Origin: Candidatus Latescibacterota bacterium
Lineage (GTDB): Bacteria; Latescibacterota; UBA2968; UBA8231
DNA: 64,000 bases
Assembly (NCBI GenBank): GCA_965197905.1
Contig: CBDAOB010000005.1
Span: forward strand, 1,792,001 to 1,856,000
Direction of reading: 5' to 3'
The notes beneath the pieces are model-generated. The model did no database searches and was not told the origin of the DNA. It saw only the letters and a program-made list of their open reading frames with translations. The position numbers and the translations under genes are program-made. Shown here piece by piece: positions 42,273-49,534 of the stretch. The stretch's first letter is position 1; each line of letters opens with the position of its first letter.

Positions 42273-43156
42273 GATTCATCCGAACGTTCAAAGCGCATTT
42301 GCGCCACTTGCTCCGCAATGAGACCCATCATGAAAATCTGCACCGATGTAGTGAATAGCAGCATCGACATGTTTGTGAACCGGTGGCTGTTCCAATAGGT
42401 GTAGCCGTAATAACCGAGTCCCATAAGGAAGACGTAGACGCTGACCGGCAGGAAGATTCGCAGGGGAGAAAACAGCATGCAGATCTTCATGATAACCAGA
42501 AAGAATTTGGTCCCGTCAGAAAATAATCTGATCTTGCTATTGCCGCTTCTCTTCGCCGCCTTGATCGGGATGTAGCTGACGCTGAATCCCGCCCGCATCA
42601 GGCACAAGGTGATGGTGGTTGGATAGGAGAAACCGTTGGGCAGGAGACTCAAGAATCTCCATGCCACCTCGCGGCGAATCGCTCGAAACCCGGAGGTCAA
42701 ATCGGCAATCTTCTGTCCCGTTACGTAGGTGGCGAACCTGTTGTAGATCGAATTTGCCACACTGCGGTGCCACCCCGCCTGACTGCCTCGTCCCCGGGCT
42801 CCTACAACCATGTCGAACCTTCTACATCCTTCGACAAACCGCGGAATGTCAGCCGGGTCGTGCTGTCCATCCCCGTCCATGAGGATGACGATCTCCCCGC
42901 AGGCCTGTCGGATACCGGTTTTGACCGCCGCTCCGTTTCCTAGATTGTACGGATGCTGAACGACGCGAATGAGCGGATCCACCGCTTTTGCTGCCGCCGC
43001 GGTTCCATCCGTTGACCCGTCGTCAACCACCAGGAGTTCCCAGCCGCCTTCGAGTTGTTTGAGTTGAGCGAGAATAGAGCCCAGCACCGAAGCTATTTGA
43101 CCCGCTTCATTGTAGGCAGGCACAACGATGCTAACGTTGACCGCTGAGCCTCCCAC
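42269..43156 (-). CDS. GT2 glycosyltransferase, DPM1/polyprenol-phosphate sugar synthase-like, with two C-terminal TM helices
   Basis: VVPAYNEA, VVDDGSTD, MDGDGQH (DxD), DLTSGFR. GTG start at 43156 shares one base with the HNH stop. Confidence 0.85.
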   Translation of the reverse strand: MGGSAVNVSIVVPAYNEAGQIASVLGSILAQLKQLEGGWELLVVDDGSTDGTAAAAKAVDPLIRVVQHPYNLGNGAAVKTGIRQACGEIVILMDGDGQHDPADIPRFVEGCRRFDMVVGARGRGSQAGWHRSVANSIYNRFATYVTGQKIADLTSGFRAIRREVAWRFLSLLPNGFSYPTTITLCLMRAGFSVSYIPIKAAKRSGNSKIRLFSDGTKFFLVIMKICMLFSPLRIFLPVSVYVFLMGLGYYGYTYWNSHRFTNMSMLLFTTSVQIFMMGLIAEQVAQMRFERSDES

Positions 43157-43665
43157 TAGGTTTCGGCCTGGGTCGCAGCGCGCGTCAGAAGAGGAAGCTC
43201 TTCCTGGAGATGGAACTCTGCCCTCCTGTGACAGGAAGGGCAAAGTGAAACGAGATGCTCGAGATTGTTCGCTCCGAGGTTCGATTCGAAGCTGCCATAG
43301 GGTATAGCATGGTGAACATCGAGCTTTCTGCCCAACGTTTCCTCGGTCACGCCGCATTTTCGGCAGGAGAAGTTATCTCGTTCGCGAGTAGCTAAGGATT
43401 GAATCTTCCAATTACCCCCTCTACTGTACCGCACCCCGGATGCACCTAAATCTGCGTCCGGTCGCTCGCTTGCCCAGGACCGCCGACATTTGGGGCCGCA
43501 GAACATCACACTGAGCTTCTTCGCCATGAACCAATCTGGGACTTCGATGCGGGTGCTGCAGTGAGCACACGCCAGCGTTGACCTATCACCAGAGTCTATT
43601 GGTGTAAGGTGACCGCCGCCAAATTCGAGATTAAGCTGGGAACCATCCGGTTTTTTCGGGGCCAT
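43156..43665 (-). CDS. HNH endonuclease with N-terminal Zn-finger
   Basis: CAHC...FCGPKC, RERDNFSCRKCG, LDVHHAIP, NNLEHLVSLCPSCH. Confidence 0.8.
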   Translation of the reverse strand: MAPKKPDGSQLNLEFGGGHLTPIDSGDRSTLACAHCSTRIEVPDWFMAKKLSVMFCGPKCRRSWASERPDADLGASGVRYSRGGNWKIQSLATRERDNFSCRKCGVTEETLGRKLDVHHAIPYGSFESNLGANNLEHLVSLCPSCHRRAEFHLQEELPLLTRAATQAET

Positions 43666-43710
43666 TCCATTGCGCAGGGGACCGACATTCGCGCAATGTG
43701 GGGTTGGCCA

Positions 43711-43740
43711 AAAATACTGATTTTACTAAGGATATGTCAA
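43711..43740 (-). promoter_or_regulatory. Putative sigma70 promoter for the HNH-glycosylation operon
   Basis: TTGACA-N18-TATTTT on the minus strand in the short AT-rich gap ~45 bp upstream of the HNH ATG. Confidence 0.55.
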
Positions 43741-43744
43741 GTTG

Positions 43745-44149
43745 TCAGTCGCTCGTAAGGGTGAAATCGACGTCCAAGGTATCGCGTACGGTGCGCGCCT
43801 GCGCCACCACCTCCCCGCGCCGGGATCGGCCGTCGCCGGGACTCTGCAGGAAGGCGATCGCCAGGCCGTCGAGGGTGATGGCGCTTGAGGTTATCGTACC
43901 TACGGTGGTTGCGAACACTACGACGGTGCTATCCTGAACCGGGCGGGTTCCCTCCCTGATGGTTGCCCAGATCTCCGAAACGGCCTCGCTGTCCTCAACC
44001 GAAAGCCGGTCTGGAAAGGCGGCGAGCTCGATGGTGAGGTTCTTGTCCTTTGAGCTGGTTGGTGCTACCGAGAAGGCGCACTGGCCGGCGGCGAGCGCAA
44101 TGGCGGCCATGAGCGCAAGGTTCGCGAGAGCTCTGATCTTTCGATTCAC
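43745..44149 (-). CDS. Small exported Ig-like (invasin/Big_1-like) protein, possible lipoprotein
   Basis: Hydrophobic signal ending AAGQC; VVFATTVGTITSSAITLDGLA beta-sandwich pattern; GTGA coupling to the upstream gene. Confidence 0.55.
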   Translation of the reverse strand: MNRKIRALANLALMAAIALAAGQCAFSVAPTSSKDKNLTIELAAFPDRLSVEDSEAVSEIWATIREGTRPVQDSTVVVFATTVGTITSSAITLDGLAIAFLQSPGDGRSRRGEVVAQARTVRDTLDVDFTLTSD

Positions 44150-45630
44150 GGCAGAAAATCCGGTGGAGTCCACGAGAAGCGCTCGGCCATGCTTGCCAGC
44201 ATGTTGCCCGCGACATCCTCGAGGGCTGAGTTTTGTATATCCGACAATTCGCGCGCCGAAGCGGTCGCAGTAATGTTGCGGCGATCGACGGGGAGCAACC
44301 TCACGCGCTTGCGGGCCCGGCCGACGCCGTCGATAGTAGCGGTAAACGCCTCCATCTCCTCCCCTTCCGGGCCGAAGAATTCCATAACTCGGAACCGGAG
44401 TCTGACATCGACCCTGGTCTCTGGCAGCTCGACCAAGTAGGGTAGGTGAATACCGGCAAATCGTTTGATTTCGTAGTCCAGCACCTCCCCCGAAACCACC
44501 ACATCCACACCTAGCTTTCGCGCCAGATCCCGCGCCAACAGCGGTGATACTCCCCCTTTTCGGGGCAAACCGGAGAACCGAGCCAGGTCCACCACCTCGA
44601 GACTGTCGTGGGGAGCGAGCTCCGTTTTGATCTTTGCTACCAGTCGCGGCCCGGCATCGTATTCCTCGAACCCTTCGAAGTCGAGGATGGCGATGCGCAA
44701 GACCTTCTCCGGCTCGTACAGACGTTTTATTGGAGCCGGCGGAATATAGAGTGTATGCCGCGTCCCCAACTTGCGGCGAAAACCGTGCATGCGCACCCCG
44801 AAGGTAAAAGCACCCTTGGTGGGGTGATCCAAGAATCCGATCTCCCGGTTCAATTCCAGTTGGATGCCGCGAAACAACCGAATCCGCGTGCCGAATTTCA
44901 ACGCGCCAGACGCACGAGACTCCTGGGTAAACGAAACGCGAGCCTGGTACTCCACGTTGAAGCTGGCGCGATTTTGACGGCCAACCTCGATGCCGAGACC
45001 GTACACGAGCTGCGAAAGGACCTCCAAATTCCCCGACCGGAAGAATCCGCCGTTGATGTAGAGCGACAGCCTGCGAAAATGGAGGTCAACCAGATATTGC
45101 AGCCCCAAGTCCACCGACTCCGAGCTGAACGGACGGATGCCTCCCACCTTGTCCAGGGCATGTTCCCCCTTGTATCCCAAGGGTAAAGTGAACAAGAGTT
45201 GAAAGGCCGAATGGGAGCTCGACGGCACCTTGGTCTGTCTCGCGTACTTGATCCCGACTACCGGATCCCCGGTGCCGTACTTGTTGAGCCCGCCCGCTGA
45301 ATCTAGAAGGAACGGCACCAAAAAACTTATATCGATGGCGGGACTGAACCCGAAGGCATACCCATAGTTTCCCGTGTAGATGCTCCCCTGCCCCAGCTCG
45401 GGGATCGTAAGACCCACCGATCGATTAAGGGCGCGGACGCGGAATCGGCCCTTCCCCAACGGCTCGGCGCTGTGAATCATGTCCAGGCCCTGGCCGAGAG
45501 GAACGCTGATGGCCGAATTCTGAGGTCGGCGCAAAAGGTTCAGATCTTGAGCCGTTACTGGAGTATTCGCCATGGCCGCAAACGAAAACGCCGCCAGTAA
45601 GATAGCCCCGTATGATTTTTCGTTTGCCAC
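44146..45630 (-). CDS. Exported protein: putative outer-membrane beta-barrel plus CsgG/TolB-N-like C-terminal domain
   Basis: Signal peptide, amphipathic beta-strand pattern (YGLGIEVG, FTFGVRM), C-terminal RIAILDFEG...ARKLGVDVVVSGEVLDY. Confidence 0.5.
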   Translation of the reverse strand: MANEKSYGAILLAAFSFAAMANTPVTAQDLNLLRRPQNSAISVPLGQGLDMIHSAEPLGKGRFRVRALNRSVGLTIPELGQGSIYTGNYGYAFGFSPAIDISFLVPFLLDSAGGLNKYGTGDPVVGIKYARQTKVPSSSHSAFQLLFTLPLGYKGEHALDKVGGIRPFSSESVDLGLQYLVDLHFRRLSLYINGGFFRSGNLEVLSQLVYGLGIEVGRQNRASFNVEYQARVSFTQESRASGALKFGTRIRLFRGIQLELNREIGFLDHPTKGAFTFGVRMHGFRRKLGTRHTLYIPPAPIKRLYEPEKVLRIAILDFEGFEEYDAGPRLVAKIKTELAPHDSLEVVDLARFSGLPRKGGVSPLLARDLARKLGVDVVVSGEVLDYEIKRFAGIHLPYLVELPETRVDVRLRFRVMEFFGPEGEEMEAFTATIDGVGRARKRVRLLPVDRRNITATASARELSDIQNSALEDVAGNMLASMAERFSWTPPDFLP

Positions 45631-45634
45631 TCTT

Positions 45635-46336
45635 CTACAACCTGGTCGACGACTCTTGAAGGAGCGAGGTCGCTTCTTCGTTTATGTTTTGCAGCAGGTG
45701 CCCCGGATCGCGAAACTGGAACTGGCCGCGAATCAGGCGCAGCTGCGCCGAGGCGTTGTTTGGATCTGGTCTATCCAGGGCGCTGTAGCGCCCCAGCTGG
45801 AAATACGACTCTGCCAGCAGGATACGGACGTGTCGGGAATCGAAGTTGTCGTGGGAGAGATTCCGCCCATCTTCATCCAGTCGAGCCCGCGAGTCGTAGT
45901 CAGGATCGATCTCTAAAGCCGTAATAGCGAACTGGATCGCGTCGCTGAACTGTTGCAGGGCGTGAGCCACGCCCGCCCGCCCGACCCAGGCATCGGTGTT
46001 CCGGGAATCGAGCTGCAATGCTTGCCTGAAGGCCAGATCGGATTTTTCCAGGTCTTGCTGTTTGAAGAAAGACCACGCGATGCCGCTATGCGCTTCTGAC
46101 TTGATCTGGTTCTTGACACCTTCCGCCCCCTCCAATAGGTCGGCCTGTTCGAGGGTCTGAGTAAAACCGTCGATGGCTGCGGCGTAGTTCCCGGTGTTGT
46201 AAGGACTCCAATCTGCCGGCAGTCTGTCCCGCAGTTTGTCCTCTTGTCGTTTTATTTCAGTAGGGCCAAGTCCGTTGCCGCCCCCGCACCCCGATTGCAA
46301 CAGGATTGCCGCGCCGATGAGCGCGATAAACTTCAT
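45635..46336 (-). CDS. TPR-containing lipoprotein
   Basis: MKFIALIGAAILLQSG-C lipobox-like signal; TPR-like helices (EAHSGIAW, DAWVGRAG, LAESYFQLG). Confidence 0.7.
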   Translation of the reverse strand: MKFIALIGAAILLQSGCGGGNGLGPTEIKRQEDKLRDRLPADWSPYNTGNYAAAIDGFTQTLEQADLLEGAEGVKNQIKSEAHSGIAWSFFKQQDLEKSDLAFRQALQLDSRNTDAWVGRAGVAHALQQFSDAIQFAITALEIDPDYDSRARLDEDGRNLSHDNFDSRHVRILLAESYFQLGRYSALDRPDPNNASAQLRLIRGQFQFRDPGHLLQNINEEATSLLQESSTRL

Positions 46337-46365
46337 ATTGTTTCCCATAGATGACCTCTTTGGAC

Positions 46366-49274
46366 TCATTTCAACAACATCATGGAACGCGACAAGATTC
46401 GATTTCCTGACTCCAACCTGTAGAAGTAGATGCCGCTGCTCACCGTGCCACCGCTCTCGTCTCGCGCATCCCATTGCAGCTCATGCCGACCAGCCGATAC
46501 CTCTCTGGCGAGCAACTGACGTACCAGCTGACCCGATATGTTATAAATAGCGAGTCGCACGGATCTTTCCTCGGGTACAGCCAGGGAACGTCCTGTTTGC
46601 CGCGGCGCCCGATACCGGTGATGTTTCCTGTAGCATTAAGTTGAGCTTCGATACTCCACTGGATGGCCGAGTCCGGATGGGAGACGCGATCGAGAATGAA
46701 CTTATTGAGACTGTCTTCGTGGGACGTGCCGGCAACGAACTGAACGTCGGGCAGTGGCAACAAGCGGAGGACCTCGCTCTCGCCGAATACGCGGATGTGC
46801 GCCGTCTCCGTATTGCTATTTCCCAGGCTGTCCCTGGCCGTGAAGGCTACCGTATCAGTACCCGAGCTAACACCGAAGAACTGCACGATGTTCCCTTCGA
46901 TAATCGCGGGGATCGAATGGTCGCCTCCAAGGATGGTGAACTCCCAGGTCAAACTCTCCACCGGGAACTCGGCTGGGGCTTGAACGAAGTTGTCCAGATC
47001 CAGCACCTCGATGAATACTCCCACGGGCACCTCGAGGGTCAGCGGAAACGGACGGATCTGGAAGGAGTCTGAAGGTGGACCGCCCGATCGAATCGTCACG
47101 AGCATGGTATCCTGTGCCGTGATACCCTCCGGCGAGATCACCTGAAAGATTACGGATTCAGTGCGGAAGGTTGCACGGTCACTCACAACGAAGGTGACCA
47201 GGTGCGTAATCGGATCTATGCCGATCTGGAGGTTGCCTTGATCGAAACTGTCCAGGACGCGCCAGCTCATCTCCTGATCGGAGTTGTTCGAGTCGTAATA
47301 GAAGCTATCAAGGTCGATTTCGCTGTGCCGCTGTCCCTGATCCAATATCAGGTCGGGGAGTCCGCCGGCCACAGGCGTTCCATCTGAGGAGTAGATCCTG
47401 AGCTTCAAATCATCCGACTGATTCCCCGGGTCCGAGACAATCAGAACTGCCTCCTCGTAGCCAACGAATTCGAACGGCGAAGCCGCCGAAAGCACGTGAT
47501 TCTCATCGACCTCAAGTACCGTCCTGATGAACGAAGGGAATGCCCAGGCAAGCTCCGAGTCGGCGTTGTCCGGGTCGTCGACGAAGTCGTCCAGATTCTC
47601 TTGAGCCGTATCTCCTCCGGGTATCAGATTGACCTTGATCTCATCGGGAAACACGACCGGTGGCAAAGCCTCCGCGGCGGTTATGAAGATCACCATCGTG
47701 TCGGAGAGTCGTTCGGGATCCACCGGATCCGCTAGTCGAAAGGTGACCCTTCCCAACCCGGAAAAATCTGGGGTGCCGGTGATCGAGATCACCAGGCCGG
47801 CCTCGGTCCGGGTGGTGTCGGTGGCAAAATGCTCTTCCGGGTCATCTACCCAGGACAGCTCGAGGCTGTCCAATGATGTGTCCACGTCCCGTGCAATGTT
47901 GCTCAACAGATAAGAACGGGTCCCTCCCCGGCTAACCTTCGGCTCCCGGTCCTGCAGAATGAACTCCGGCGGGTCTGGAAGCTCGATCACCTCGATGATC
48001 ACGCGCAAAGAATCCAACCCGCGGAAGGCATCGAGCACCACCACCTTAAGCGAGTCGGTTCCAAAGAAATCCTGCCGGGACCATACCAGTAGCTCGTGGG
48101 TGTTCGGGTCATCGTCGGCCCGCACATTTACCGTGTCGGAGAAGGCACCGAACGGCAGCACCGTAAAGTTCAGCTCGCTCTGCGGGTCGATGACGTCCGG
48201 ATCGTCGACAATCTGATCAAGATCTCTGCCGCGAAACGCAACACGCCTGTCCAGAGCTAGACCCGGCGTAAACGGACTGCCGTCCTCGACGATGCGAATC
48301 GTGTCTCGCTTGACCCCATCGGCACCGGGTTGAATCGAAAACACGGGTGGATTGTTCACCACAATATCCGAGAATTCGGTGGTCTTATTAGGCTCCTGAC
48401 CCGGGATGAGTCCCGAAGGTTCCTCGGCGATCCAGATGATCCGCTGGCGCCCCGTCCAGCCGTTCTTCGGGGTCACCTTTACGCGGTTGGTCACGGGCTC
48501 GATCTCCACCGAAAGGCTGTCCTCCAGGAAACTGTCCACAACGGAAGGATCGACGTTGGGAAGCTCGAAGGACCAGCGTATGGAATCTGGAGCGGCAAGG
48601 GTGCTGGAGACGTAGCTCGTCAGCGAGCCAATCTGCAGACTGTCGGCCTGGCCGGGTGAGAGGATCACATCCGGGATGTCTCGCAGTTGCAGCCCGGTAA
48701 CCGTGATTTCCATACCCCGGACGGTGAGGAAGCGAACCTCTTGGCCATCAGGCAGTACTAAACGGGTTTCGCGGACCGGGTTGTCGTCGATATCAATTCG
48801 ACCGTTGACGATGGGACGGACGCAAAGCAGCCGAAACGACGCTATCACGCCTGCTCCACCCCGGGTTCTCTGCCCGGCGGCCCCAACGACAGCGGCATAA
48901 TCCAGCTGCTGACCCTCGAAGTTGGAAGCGGACGGGTCGCTTTCAGGAAGCAGAAGGTTGATCTGCTCGCCTGCACCCTGAAAGAGCGGCCCCTGGAGAA
49001 AAGGCTGGACTCCGACACGCAACTCGGCCCCCTGATCGATTACCTGGAAGGCATCGCTGGGCACCGTTATGAAAAAGGCGACTCCGGACGCCTCCACTCT
49101 GCCCAGGTCACCGAACACCTCGATGGTGATCGTCTGGCCAACCTGGACCGTCGCCCGCGAGGAGTTTCCGCCGGCCTGCTGGAGTCGCAATGTTTGCGCA
49201 CCGGCAGCAGTCCAACTGAGACCGAATAGACCTATGACAAATACGGTCGGGACTAATCTATTTCGCATACTCAT
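46366..49274 (-). CDS. Secreted protein: cohesin-like domain, ~7 cadherin-like Ca-binding Ig repeats, and a T9SS-type C-terminal domain (disrupted near 46570-46620)
   Basis: Signal peptide ending AGAQ; repeats with LDDFVDDPD, NNPPVF, DPPEF. The C-terminal VRLAIYNISGQLVR...SSGIYFYRL...MMLLK is in a different frame (46366-46560). Confidence 0.7.
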
Positions 49275-49316
49275 CGGCGTTTAGTCCGGACACAATAGTC
49301 CGGGCACCCGCAACTA

Positions 49317-49333
49317 CGCAAATTGCGTGCCCA
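49317..49333 (-). promoter_or_regulatory. Putative sigma54 (-24/-12) promoter
   Basis: Minus strand TGGGCACGCAATTTGCG matches GGCACG-N4-TTGC with exact GG-N10-GC spacing, ~45 bp upstream of the ATG at 49274. Confidence 0.65.
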
Positions 49334-49478
49334 TTTCCACACATAAGAGCATCGCCAACTCGAAGGTTGGCGGAACTGTAATTCCCTCTCCTATGACGCC
49401 CGACCGGCTGTTGGCGTTTCGGGGAGCACATTTACCTAGGCCATCGTGCGAGGGGAACTCTTTTCCTGCAGAACAAGC

Positions 49479-49512
49479 AAAAGCGCCGCAGGGTTTCCCC
49501 TGCGGCGCTTTG
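49479..49512 (-). terminator. Rho-independent terminator downstream of the giant surface-protein gene
   Basis: Perfect stem AAAGCGCCGCAGGG / CCCTGCGGCGCTTT with a GAAA loop on the minus strand, T-rich tail, ~25 bp after the stop. Confidence 0.85.
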
Positions 49513-49534
49513 TACCGTTGTTGATCTACCTGGT

